The notes beneath the pieces are model-generated. The model searched no databases and had not been told where the DNA came from. It saw only the letters and a program-made list of their open reading frames with translations. From positions 3,997 through 67,996 of IMG/VR virus record IMGVR_UViG_3300033148_007258: 64,000 bases of DNA, one strand, 5' to 3'. Both the position numbers and the translations under genes were made by a program. Each line of letters begins with the position of its first letter. Position 1 is the first letter of the stretch. Shown piece by piece: positions 6,716-15,881 of this stretch. This DNA comes from a virus.

Positions 6716-8348
6716 GGTTATGGTTTTGGGGATTGATGGATGCCCGGAAGAAATGCTAATGAAGTGGATGCTCGATGGCGGCGGTTGGTTACCGAATTTC
6801 AAGCGGCTGTATGATAGCGGTGCGTTTTTGACGATGCGAAGCACAGTTCCTTATTGGACGGTTCCGGCGTGGTTGTCGATGCTGACAGGGAAAACGCCGA
6901 AGCGGCTGAATGTGTTCGGGTTTTATCACCGGAAAAAGGAGTCGTATGAGAACGAACTGGTGAGGATTGACTGGGAAAAGCATAATCCTCTATGGCGGAT
7001 ACTATCGGATGCCGGAAAGCGGTCGATTTTTGTGAACGTTCCCACCACAGAGCCGCCAACAAAGGGATTTAACGGCGCGATGGTCGGCGGCTCTATTATG
7101 AACCCCGATCCACATAGGATAGCCTATCCGGCGGGTCTTAACCGGTGGCTGCTTGAGCAAGGATATGTCGCGGACGATTATGCGTCTCTTGCCAACAACC
7201 CTATTAAGCACGCCCGGAAAATGATTCGGGCGGATATGAAACGTATAGAGATAGCGAAACAGTTAATGGCCGATGTGTGGGATTTATTTATGTTCGCTTT
7301 TTATTTCAGCGACCCGATTCTACACCGGTTCTGGAAGTATATTGACGAAAAACATAAGGATTATGAGGATAAGGGAGAGTGCCGCGAGGTTGTTTATGAG
7401 TATTTCAAGATGGTCGACGACTTTCTGGGATACTGCCTTGACCGGTTGCCTGCGGACGGGAACCTGTTTGTGGTGTCGGATCACGGTATGGGACAGCTTC
7501 GGTATTTCGTTGACTTGAACAAGTGGCTATTTGACAATGGGTATATGGCGCTGAAAAACAAGGGGCGCAAGCGGTTCAATATGTATCATTTTCAGTATAC
7601 GAGACTGTATGACTGGTTGCGGCGGGCGTATCTGCCGTTCAGGGGTATTGGATTGGCTAAGGGGGTGCGGGATCGGGTATTTGGCGCGCTGCCAAAATGG
7701 GAACGCACCAGCGCTGATGTTGACTGGGAGAGAACGAGGGCGTATAGCTTCGGGAAGGATTCCATATATTTTAATTTAAAAGGACGGGACCCGCAAGGGA
7801 TGTATTGGACAAAAAAGGGAACTTTGGGTTTGTATGGCAAAATATTAAAGAGTTTGCATTCTTTGCGCGATCCCGATACTGGCGAGTGTATTGTTTGGGA
7901 TACAAAACACAATTGGCTTGTTGATACGATGCAAGCAAGGCTGTTGCCCGATATGTTTATTGAGTTCGAGGGCGGGTCGTACTATATCAGCAATCAGGGC
8001 GAGGCGGCGCCAGGGGGAAAGCTGTTTTATGAACGGAAAGAGACCAGCGCCGCGCATAAGCGGAACACGATATTTGTCGGGTACGGGCATGATATTGAGA
8101 AGAAAACGGGCGGTACGGTTGATATTTGCGATATTGCGCCGACCATATTGCACATGCTGGGCGTTCCGATACCCGATGACGTCGATGGCGAGGTGTTATC
8201 CGGGCTTTTTAGGGAAAAATCGCCGTTAAGGGGGCAAAAAGAGGTCAGAAAGAGCCGAAAAGCGGTGGCGCGGGACACGGAAGCGGCGGTTTCGGGCGAA
8301 TCGGACGCTGTGGTAGAGAAGCGGCTACGGGAACTGGGGTATTTATGA
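6708..8348 (+). CDS. Alkaline-phosphatase superfamily protein (type I phosphodiesterase/nucleotide pyrophosphatase-like)
   Basis: GIDG, STVP..TVPAW.SMLTG, SDHG, DIAPTILHMLG and C-terminal RLRELGYL motifs. Confidence 0.85.
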   Translation: MGRVMVLGIDGCPEEMLMKWMLDGGGWLPNFKRLYDSGAFLTMRSTVPYWTVPAWLSMLTGKTPKRLNVFGFYHRKKESYENELVRIDWEKHNPLWRILSDAGKRSIFVNVPTTEPPTKGFNGAMVGGSIMNPDPHRIAYPAGLNRWLLEQGYVADDYASLANNPIKHARKMIRADMKRIEIAKQLMADVWDLFMFAFYFSDPILHRFWKYIDEKHKDYEDKGECREVVYEYFKMVDDFLGYCLDRLPADGNLFVVSDHGMGQLRYFVDLNKWLFDNGYMALKNKGRKRFNMYHFQYTRLYDWLRRAYLPFRGIGLAKGVRDRVFGALPKWERTSADVDWERTRAYSFGKDSIYFNLKGRDPQGMYWTKKGTLGLYGKILKSLHSLRDPDTGECIVWDTKHNWLVDTMQARLLPDMFIEFEGGSYYISNQGEAAPGGKLFYERKETSAAHKRNTIFVGYGHDIEKKTGGTVDICDIAPTILHMLGVPIPDDVDGEVLSGLFREKSPLRGQKEVRKSRKAVARDTEAAVSGESDAVVEKRLRELGYL

Positions 8349-8578
8349 ATGAGAGAACGCTAAAAGGGGATTATATGGAAAAACAAAAAGAAAAATCAAG
8401 CGGAAAAATTTTTGTGGGTTTAACATATAAGGGCGTTCCAATTATTCCCGATAGCCATGTGCCAGAAGATGAATTTTGGTATTATAGCGAAGGTAAATGG
8501 TATGTTTATAAAAATGGAAAATCCAGAGAAATGAATGACAAAGAACTGGAAACGATTTATAGAGGGTTGAAACCATGA
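8345..8578 (+). CDS. Small protein containing a capsid-like peptide motif
   Basis: GLTYKGVPIIPDSHVPEDEFWYY. Confidence 0.55.
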   Translation: MNERTLKGDYMEKQKEKSSGKIFVGLTYKGVPIIPDSHVPEDEFWYYSEGKWYVYKNGKSREMNDKELETIYRGLKP

Positions 8579-8904
8579 TACGATTTATTGATTTGTGGGG
8601 GCGGATATATGTAACCAAGGGAGGCGATGAGCGCCGCCGTACTCATTTTGCATTTTGCAACATACTAAACGATGAACTTGAAGAGTTTAACAAAATAATT
8701 ACATGGGAAAGCTGGAAATCTTTTGAGAAGGACTTTGGATACGAGATCAAGGCTAAATCTATTACCCCATTTGGAAGGGATGTTCAAAAAAGTAAACTGA
8801 AAACGAAAGAGATAGAACGCTATCACGGATTATGTCCAGCGTGGGTATTTAAGCCGTGTAGGTGTTATTTGTGTCAGGGAGAAACCGAAAAATCGGGTGG
8901 TTAA
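8575..8904 (+). CDS. Hypothetical protein
   Basis: ATGA-coupled ORF. Confidence 0.55.
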   Translation: MIRFIDLWGRIYVTKGGDERRRTHFAFCNILNDELEEFNKIITWESWKSFEKDFGYEIKAKSITPFGRDVQKSKLKTKEIERYHGLCPAWVFKPCRCYLCQGETEKSGG

Positions 8905-8910
8905 GGAATA

Positions 8911-9381
8911 ATGGTAAACGTTTTTGATGTAGCTGAATATATTTTAAGAAGAAACAAGGGCAAGTTAATGCCTGTTTGGAGGCTTCATAAATTGTTGTAT
9001 TATTGTCAAGCATGGTCGCTGGTTTGGGACGGGGTCTCTTTGTTTGATGAAGACATCCATGCAGGGGATAATAGCCCCATAATCGAAAAGCTATATCAAT
9101 ATCACAGGGGGAAGTTTCATATAAGGAAAATAAAACGCGGCAATCCAGAAAACCTTACTCAAGAACAAATCGAGACGATTAACAGCGTTTTAGATTTCTA
9201 TGGTGAAAAATCATCACAATTTTTGGGTGATTTAATTCGTTCAGAAACCCCGTGGCGAGAAGCTCAACTGATTTTCTCGGAAAGAAAAAAAAGTCAACGA
9301 ATTATTTCGCCAAAGTCAATGGCAAAGTATTATGGCGCATTGCCGTTGATAAAAATTCAGGTGGTTGAGGAATTATTTTGA
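8911..9381 (+). CDS. Panacea/SocA-like (DUF4065) antitoxin-domain protein
   Basis: DVAEYIL, LHKLLYYCQAWSL, LF.EDI.A, ETPW motifs. Confidence 0.85.
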   Translation: MVNVFDVAEYILRRNKGKLMPVWRLHKLLYYCQAWSLVWDGVSLFDEDIHAGDNSPIIEKLYQYHRGKFHIRKIKRGNPENLTQEQIETINSVLDFYGEKSSQFLGDLIRSETPWREAQLIFSERKKSQRIISPKSMAKYYGALPLIKIQVVEELF

Positions 9382-9644
9382 ATAAAATTAAGCACGGAAT
9401 GAAAATATTTTTATATTTTTTCAGAAATTATGGAACATTTTTTGTTTTCAGTTGTATTAACTATAGTGGCAAATTAGGTTCCGGCTATATATTCCTCCAT
9501 TTTACCCCCGTTGAAGGTCTCCCCTCGGTTCGGGTGACAACGAATGATTATCCCCTCGGTTCGGGAATTAATATATACACGAGTCCACTGTGGCGCTCCG
9601 GGAAGCCGGAAAGCAAGTGGAAACCTTTATCATTGGATTCCTAA
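9378..9644 (+). CDS. Hypothetical protein
   Basis: ORF only. Confidence 0.3.
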   Translation: MNKIKHGMKIFLYFFRNYGTFFVFSCINYSGKLGSGYIFLHFTPVEGLPSVRVTTNDYPLGSGINIYTSPLWRSGKPESKWKPLSLDS

Positions 9645-9781
9645 AACGGGTTGGCTGAATTTGTCCGGAACCAATTTTGCCGACTCAGTATCCGGGGGGA
9701 ATTTTTTAATAACCGCTATTCATTCCGCATAGACGGAGTTGACGGCGGTTTTTTTTGTGCTGAAGGAGAAAACGATGTGCC

Positions 9782-10153
9782 ATGTATGCCCGGCTATGCG
9801 TCGTCCTGTTTGTGTTTTTGTGTGGGTGTGCCGCTTCTCAGCGTGCGGATCGCGCTCATTACAGCGATACGGTTATTATAGAAGCGGAGATTCTGGCGTG
9901 CAGCGATGCGAGCACGGCGTATGACCTTATATGGCGGCTGAGACCGTCGCTGATGTTTCGGGCGACGCGGGGGGTTCGCCGGAATTATCCGGTGGTTGTG
10001 TATTTAAACAATATGAGGCTTGTCGGTGTTAAATCACTTGAGTTAATTAGCGCGCGGGGGCTTCGTGAGATCAGGTATCTTGATCCGGGTGCGGCGACCG
10101 TGCGATATGGGACAGGGCACGCGGCAGGCGTGTTTGTGATTACGTTTTATTAA
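9782..10153 (+). CDS. Lipoprotein resembling a stand-alone TonB-dependent receptor plug domain
   Basis: Hydrophobic leader with LCGC lipobox-like site; AYDLI.RLRP, EIRYL...AATVRYG.G...GV.VIT plug-like motifs. Confidence 0.7.
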   Translation: MYARLCVVLFVFLCGCAASQRADRAHYSDTVIIEAEILACSDASTAYDLIWRLRPSLMFRATRGVRRNYPVVVYLNNMRLVGVKSLELISARGLREIRYLDPGAATVRYGTGHAAGVFVITFY

Positions 10154-10226
10154 CTAATAGGGAATATAGCCCAGTGCCGTTTACCGGCTCGATAGGGTTA
10201 ATCCCGCTGGGCTTCAAATATAATAG

Positions 10227-10502
10227 GTGATGTTTGGGTATAACATGAAAACATTAAGGGGATTTGGCGATTTATTTAGAGAGTTGCGCATTAAAAACAG
10301 ATATACATTAAGGGCATATTGCAGAAAATTCAATTATGACCCTGTTTATATTAGCGAACTTGAAAAAGGGAGAATTTCCCCGCCGAAAAACAGGGATGCA
10401 ATCGAAAATCATGCCAGGTCGCTTAATTTAAGTGAAGGATCAAGGCAATGGGCGGAATTTTGCAATCTGGCTGTAGAGGGTAGGGGGAAAATGTCCGTAT
10501 AA
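10227..10502 (+). CDS. XRE-family HTH protein
   Basis: FGDLFRELR...YISELEKGRISPP. Confidence 0.75.
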   Translation: MMFGYNMKTLRGFGDLFRELRIKNRYTLRAYCRKFNYDPVYISELEKGRISPPKNRDAIENHARSLNLSEGSRQWAEFCNLAVEGRGKMSV

Positions 10503-10626
10503 TTATGTTGATTTATAAAGAGGTTGTTGACAGTATAATTTATTAATAGCCCCGCGGGCGGGGATGTGAGGACGGGTTGTGGTGTAAAGCCAAAGCGCGG
10601 GGTTTTTTTGTGCTTAAAGAGGAACA

Positions 10627-10989
10627 GTGAATGTATGTTTATATGGAGTGGAAGTGATATTACCAAAGAAGATTAAGTGTGGTGGACATATTTACAGGGT
10701 TTTGTTTCCTTACCAGTTTAAAGAGCGGTCGGACTTATGTGGTCAAGCGGATCATGATGTTGCACAGATTAGGATTAGAAACAGCGATCCCTGTGGTAAT
10801 ACAGTGGTTGATTCACGGGTGTTTGAAGTGTTTGTACACGAATTATTACATGTTGTTGATTTTGTTTACAATGGAAACGAGTTAGATGAAGAGATGAACG
10901 AACGATTAGGGCAAGGTGTGGCGCAGGTTTTACTTGATAACTTTGATTTATACTTGAAAAATGGTCAGAAAATTATTGTGAAGCGGTAA
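10627..10989 (+). CDS. Small HExxH metallopeptidase-like phage protein
   Basis: VFVHELLH plus downstream EE. Confidence 0.65.
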   Translation: MNVCLYGVEVILPKKIKCGGHIYRVLFPYQFKERSDLCGQADHDVAQIRIRNSDPCGNTVVDSRVFEVFVHELLHVVDFVYNGNELDEEMNERLGQGVAQVLLDNFDLYLKNGQKIIVKR

Positions 10990-11026
10990 TGCGGGAAAAG
11001 CATGAAAATCGCCATTGAAAAAGAGG

Positions 11027-11191
11027 ATGATAATGAAATGTCCGGCGTGTGGCTCTCGTAAGATTAAACGGGCATATATAATCAGGGAGCATGGTAAGAT
11101 TACTGCTGACAAACATCGTTGTCAAGAATGTAATTATATTTTTGATGTTTTACAGGAAGGAAAAAACAATAAAAGACCTGTAACTGCGTAA
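11027..11191 (+). CDS. Zinc-ribbon protein (54 aa), possible late regulator
   Basis: MIMKCPACGS...HRCQECNYIF; directly upstream of the morphogenesis genes. Confidence 0.55.
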   Translation: MIMKCPACGSRKIKRAYIIREHGKITADKHRCQECNYIFDVLQEGKNNKRPVTA

Positions 11192-11358
11192 CGGGGACGT
11201 GTGTGGATGGTGCGGCGGCGTCTGCATTACAGGTTATTAGCTGGTGATGGGTGGTGAGGCTGCACACCGCCAGATTGCTCGTGAGGTACGAGGCGCGACG
11301 AAGCGCAGACCATCGGCGCTTATGATGCGTCCGCGGGTGATTGGGAGGTGCTTTTTTT

Positions 11359-11799
11359 ATGAGTATCGAAAGTGTAGAGAACAGGTATCATGTCAACTAT
11401 CAGACGGCAAAGGGTCTGAATCGCACGCTGTACGGGCAGACGGACAACGCGTCCCGCGATGCACAGCTTGGCGACAAGCTGACGCATATTGCGGGTAATG
11501 CTTGTTTACATGGTTCTGACGCTTCCTCGAACCAGGGCGGGTATACGAATAACAGGTTCGTATTCACCGACATCGGGCTATATCCCCCGTATGCCGGGCA
11601 CACTCAGTTGCTTGTATTTCTGAATGGCAACATTCAGTTCTACAGCGCTACAGCCGGTGCGGGAGACTACAACACGTCGTTTGACGAGGGAGAAGATGCC
11701 AGTACCGCAACAAGGTCAGAGCCAACTAAGGCAGGCTCTTACATACAGTTCAATTCAAGCCTTAACGACGAAGACGAAGTTATTATAATCGTTTTATAA
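11359..11799 (+). CDS. Putative virion-associated protein
   Basis: GGAGG RBS; LLVFLNG..Q...GDY...IQFN motif seen in phage structural beta domains. Confidence 0.55.
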   Translation: MSIESVENRYHVNYQTAKGLNRTLYGQTDNASRDAQLGDKLTHIAGNACLHGSDASSNQGGYTNNRFVFTDIGLYPPYAGHTQLLVFLNGNIQFYSATAGAGDYNTSFDEGEDASTATRSEPTKAGSYIQFNSSLNDEDEVIIIVL

Positions 11800-11805
11800 A
11801 GGGAG

Positions 11806-12684
11806 GTGACGAGAATGAATAAGTGCAGATTTTTGGTAGCGTTAATCGCAATCATCTCCCTGTGTGTTTTTGTTGGAGATGCGCAGGCGCAGAAAGTTGA
11901 GCTTGTGGGGACGTCGCATATAGATTCTGCTGTTGTGGGCGCGCTTCAGATGTACAATATCAGCGGTGCGGCAATAGGCATCGGGGATAACGTGGCGCTT
12001 GACAGCCGGTTTATTCAGATTTACAGCGGCGACTCTTCGGTATTTTATCATCAGGTCATTAAGGGCGCTAATCTGGCTGTTGATATTGATTCGCTGGGTG
12101 TTGGGGGGACGTATCTGAATCTTCCCTGCCAAATCGGTATTTATCACGGCGGCGCGGCTGTTGCGACGGATACGGTATATATATATGGCGATGTGTTTCC
12201 GAGGGGCGGAGGCACGGCGACATCTTCCGTTATCGATACGGTTGTGCCGATTGCCAACGACTCAATGGATGTTTCGCAGTATCTCTGGAAAAACATTGAT
12301 TCGGTGGACGCACAGTTAAATACTTGTCAAAAAATGACCATATTGGCGGCGCCGTTATTTGCTATTCAGGGCGGAGTTGCGACCAGTTATACTATCGGAA
12401 CCGCCATGGAGGCGATAGCCGACAGCTCTTACGGATTGGTGCAGTTGTATGGACCGCTTACGATGGGTGTGGTTGATGGCGCGACGCCCGCTGATTCAAC
12501 GGCAACGACTACGGTGCGGCGCGGCAATCTTCTGGTTCCTGCCGCAGGCGGAGATTTCAGTTTGACAGCCATTGCGGCTGGCGACTCGGTCAAGGTAATG
12601 CTGAATCTGATTCGCGGCGGCGCGGTTGCGGCTGAACTCGTGTTTGACAACAACACGCGGGCACGGGTATTCAAGAAGAAATAA
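11806..12684 (+). CDS. Signal-peptide protein with capsid cement/decoration-like motifs
   Basis: Leader ending AQA-Q; N.SG.AI..GD.V and G.A.EAIA....G.VQ..G motifs; many D-S/T sequons. Confidence 0.6.
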   Translation: MTRMNKCRFLVALIAIISLCVFVGDAQAQKVELVGTSHIDSAVVGALQMYNISGAAIGIGDNVALDSRFIQIYSGDSSVFYHQVIKGANLAVDIDSLGVGGTYLNLPCQIGIYHGGAAVATDTVYIYGDVFPRGGGTATSSVIDTVVPIANDSMDVSQYLWKNIDSVDAQLNTCQKMTILAAPLFAIQGGVATSYTIGTAMEAIADSSYGLVQLYGPLTMGVVDGATPADSTATTTVRRGNLLVPAAGGDFSLTAIAAGDSVKVMLNLIRGGAVAAELVFDNNTRARVFKKK

Positions 12685-12738
12685 TGCGAAAATCGGGGCG
12701 GGTTAATCGCCCGTCCCGAAGTTTCGGGATGACGACCT

Positions 12739-12885
12739 ATGCCGAAAGATTTTGAGGATTGCGTGAAGCGGGGCGGTTATATCCGCACCAAGAAATTGCC
12801 GGGAGGCAAGTATATTCATATCTGTTTTGACGACCGAGGTTCACATGCGGGAGAGATTAAGGTCAAGAAAAAGAAGAAGAAGTAA
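12739..12885 (+). CDS. Small basic phage protein (48 aa)
   Basis: MPKDFEDCVKRGGYIRTKKLPGGKYIHIC...KKKKKK. Confidence 0.6.
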   Translation: MPKDFEDCVKRGGYIRTKKLPGGKYIHICFDDRGSHAGEIKVKKKKKK

Positions 12886-12887
12886 TT

Positions 12888-13526
12888 ATGCCGGATGAAC
12901 CATTTTTCACAAAGTATAAGCAAGTTCTCAGAACATATATGCAGAGGCGGGATATTTCCTATCGCGGGCTTGAAAAGCTATTAAGGAAGCGGTTTCCCGA
13001 CAGGGCAAGGCTTCCAGGGCAACAGCGGATACATGAAGTAATTGGCGGTTCAGGGTATGTTGCGGGCAAGACTTATCACCGTCATTTTTCAATGAATGAT
13101 TTTCTATTGGTTCTTGAGGCGCTTAAACTTGAGATGCGCATTGTCAACAAACGGAACAAGACCACCAAGAATGTTGACGAGGAGATGCCCGACCCCAGAA
13201 CCAGTTTTATTGACGGATTTAAGCCGGAGGATTTTGACGACCCTCAGAAACGTATTCAGTATTTTAAGGTGCTTGCCTGTGATGGAGAGACACCGGCTAA
13301 TGTTAGATTAAAAGCTGCAGAGCGGATTCAAGCACATTATGGGGATGTTACTAAACAACCGGTTATAAAAATTACTCAAGAGGACGTTGGAGACGGCGAA
13401 CAAGACGAACAATATGAGGATGACGAGTGCCCAGACCTGGTTGCAGGGTTATCTGAAATCACTGAAGAAGAAATATCCAGCGCTGGACCTGCAAAACCTT
13501 CATCCAAAACAGAAGGATTGGATTGA
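12888..13526 (+). CDS. Putative terminase small subunit
   Basis: Position before TerL; HTH-like N-terminus, RLKAAE helix, acidic tail. Confidence 0.5.
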   Translation: MPDEPFFTKYKQVLRTYMQRRDISYRGLEKLLRKRFPDRARLPGQQRIHEVIGGSGYVAGKTYHRHFSMNDFLLVLEALKLEMRIVNKRNKTTKNVDEEMPDPRTSFIDGFKPEDFDDPQKRIQYFKVLACDGETPANVRLKAAERIQAHYGDVTKQPVIKITQEDVGDGEQDEQYEDDECPDLVAGLSEITEEEISSAGPAKPSSKTEGLD

Positions 13527-15339
13527 GAAGGATATATGCGAACGCAATCTTTATTATTTCTGCGAACGCATTCTCGGCGGTTATTCGGTTCTTGATCCCG
13601 AGTACCACTGGGAAATCTGCCAGAAGATTCAATCGCCTAAGTGGTGTGACAACTGCTCGTTCTTTGACAAGAGTATTACCAGTGTAAAAACCGGCAGCAG
13701 ACGTAATTACTGCAAGTATCACAAGCGGCGCACCAGCCCCTTTGGGACGTGTCCCGAATATGGCGCGAGTCATATACAGCAGATGTATCTGGAGCCGCGC
13801 GACCATTTAAAGACGACGACAATTTCCATTGGTTCGACTCTCTGGATGCTGGCGCGGGACATCAATACGTCGCACTTGATATTCTGTGCGACCGACGCTC
13901 AAGGTATTAAAATAAAAAGTCCTATTGTCAATCATTGTACTCATAATGCCAAACTTCGCAGGTTGTGGCCACACCTGAAGATAGAGAATGCCATTTTGAA
14001 CAACGAGAACAATCTTCAATTTCTGCGACCGAATTTATCACTTAAAGAGCCGTCGGTTACGGTTATGGGTATTGATAAGGCGGTGGAGAGCGTTCATTAT
14101 ACCCGTGTTCTTTATGACGACCTTACGGGATTGAAAAACATGCTTACGCATTCCATGCGGGAAAAGACATTCAGGCAGTATGAGGCGACCGAAGAGCTTG
14201 TGCGTTCGGAATTTCCAATACGTATTATGGTGGGAACGCGGTGGCACAAAGAGGATGTTCCGGGGAAGTTGTTTATACATGAGATTTTTGACTGGGATGT
14301 GCGGACGTGCGAGTTGTTTTACCGGGTAAATGAACGGGGAGAGAAGGAGACTATTACCGATAACGATATAGTGGAAATACTGCAAAAGTATCAAGCGACG
14401 GGCGATGCAAGAAAGGCGCTTGGCAATATATACGTTCCCTATTCACGGGTTATGACGCCGGAAGTCATTATGCGGAAAGTGAAGAAAGCGCCGAAGAATT
14501 TTTATAAATATTTCTGTCAGCATCATAATAAGACAACCTCTTCCACGACGCAGGCGTTTAAGCCGGAATGGTTTTTACCGGCAGTCGTGAGTATTCAAGA
14601 GAAGGATATACCGTTTCCGCGTGATTTGATGTATTTTTACATTTGTTATGACCTTGCATCGGGCAGTCGTGACCGGAACGCCAGCAAGGTCGGGCGCGCC
14701 GTCTGGAGCGTGGACTGTAACAAGATGGTGTATTTGTGGGAGGTTTTTGAAGGATTTCTCCGGCAAGATGAAGTGGCAGAAATGATTTTTGAGGATGATT
14801 GGAACTACAAGCCGCAATATTTTACATCAGAGAGCGGCACATTGATAAACCAGCTTGAACAGTATCTTGAGCTGGCGCTCAAAGTAAAAAAGGAAGCGTT
14901 GTTAAAAAGCGAAAACGAGGTTGACAGGATGCGCGGTCAACAGATTAAGATGCCAAATTTTGACAAAATCACCAAAAACACCGCAGACCGTGCAAAGCTC
15001 CCGCGCATTATAGCGGGGCTTCAGGGTTTGTATCAGACGGGCAGGATCAAGCATGTCGGCGACCCGGAAAAGTTCAAGCCGCTTATAAATCAGTTGACGA
15101 ATATTGAGGAAATGGAGCGTCATATTGACCTTGCGGATGCGGCGGCGGATATATCGTTCTGTATGAATTATGCGCCGAACAGAGAGAGCGTCGAGAGTAC
15201 AATGGCGCGGCGTTCTTACAATGAACCGAACATTGACCCCGTCAGTAAGCAGGCGTGGGCTAATGTAAAAAAAATATTGAACGACAGCGCCCCCGTCGTG
15301 CAGGATGCTTGCGTTTTCATAGAGGAAGGAATGTGGTAA
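13387..15339 (+). CDS. terL: Terminase large subunit
   Basis: PRDHLKTT Walker A, YDDL Walker B, GTRWH, YDLA nuclease motif, C-terminal DLADA. Confidence 0.9.
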   Translation: METANKTNNMRMTSAQTWLQGYLKSLKKKYPALDLQNLHPKQKDWIEKDICERNLYYFCERILGGYSVLDPEYHWEICQKIQSPKWCDNCSFFDKSITSVKTGSRRNYCKYHKRRTSPFGTCPEYGASHIQQMYLEPRDHLKTTTISIGSTLWMLARDINTSHLIFCATDAQGIKIKSPIVNHCTHNAKLRRLWPHLKIENAILNNENNLQFLRPNLSLKEPSVTVMGIDKAVESVHYTRVLYDDLTGLKNMLTHSMREKTFRQYEATEELVRSEFPIRIMVGTRWHKEDVPGKLFIHEIFDWDVRTCELFYRVNERGEKETITDNDIVEILQKYQATGDARKALGNIYVPYSRVMTPEVIMRKVKKAPKNFYKYFCQHHNKTTSSTTQAFKPEWFLPAVVSIQEKDIPFPRDLMYFYICYDLASGSRDRNASKVGRAVWSVDCNKMVYLWEVFEGFLRQDEVAEMIFEDDWNYKPQYFTSESGTLINQLEQYLELALKVKKEALLKSENEVDRMRGQQIKMPNFDKITKNTADRAKLPRIIAGLQGLYQTGRIKHVGDPEKFKPLINQLTNIEEMERHIDLADAAADISFCMNYAPNRESVESTMARRSYNEPNIDPVSKQAWANVKKILNDSAPVVQDACVFIEEGMW

Positions 15340-15881
15340 TGGAATTATTATTTTTTGGACTGTTGGTCGTGTTGACCTGTTATCTCGCGTGGGAAAAATA
15401 TGTTAATGCCGTTCAGCGGGAGCGGGAACTCAACGCGTTTTTTGCCGATAATGAAAAATTGCGCACCGAACTGGCGGGGGAGCGTCAGGATTTTATGGGG
15501 CGCACCAGAGAGACGGTGTCGGAGATTCTGGACCGGCAGGACGGTCTTATTCGAGAGCTTTTGAAGAATTTAGAGGAAGACCGGAAACAGCATGAAATCT
15601 TTATGCGGTCGATGTATGGTGATTTTACCGACCGGTGGATGGCTTCGAGTCTGACGGAATATATGCAAAACCAAGTGCCGTCGCCGAACACGGGGGGTGT
15701 GCAGCCGCAAGAGGAGCCACCCGATTTGTCGCCGGATGAAGATGTGGTTGATTACACGGCTATGAAACCGGGGGAAAAGCGGCGTTTTATTAATGCCATA
15801 CCGCCTGATCTGGCGGGGTCTTCGCTGGTGTCGGGACTACCATTAACCATGAAAGAAGATGATAATGGAAAAGAAGCATAG
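15339..15881 (+). CDS. Membrane-anchored coiled-coil protein
   Basis: N-terminal TM MELLFFGLLVVLTCYLAW; TAATG coupling to terL. Confidence 0.6.
   Translation: MELLFFGLLVVLTCYLAWEKYVNAVQRERELNAFFADNEKLRTELAGERQDFMGRTRETVSEILDRQDGLIRELLKNLEEDRKQHEIFMRSMYGDFTDRWMASSLTEYMQNQVPSPNTGGVQPQEEPPDLSPDEDVVDYTAMKPGEKRRFINAIPPDLAGSSLVSGLPLTMKEDDNGKEA

Noticed and set aside
10505-10545. Consensus promoter from TTGACA and TATAAT
   Set aside because: The two hexamers are nearly adjacent, so the spacing does not fit one sigma70 promoter.
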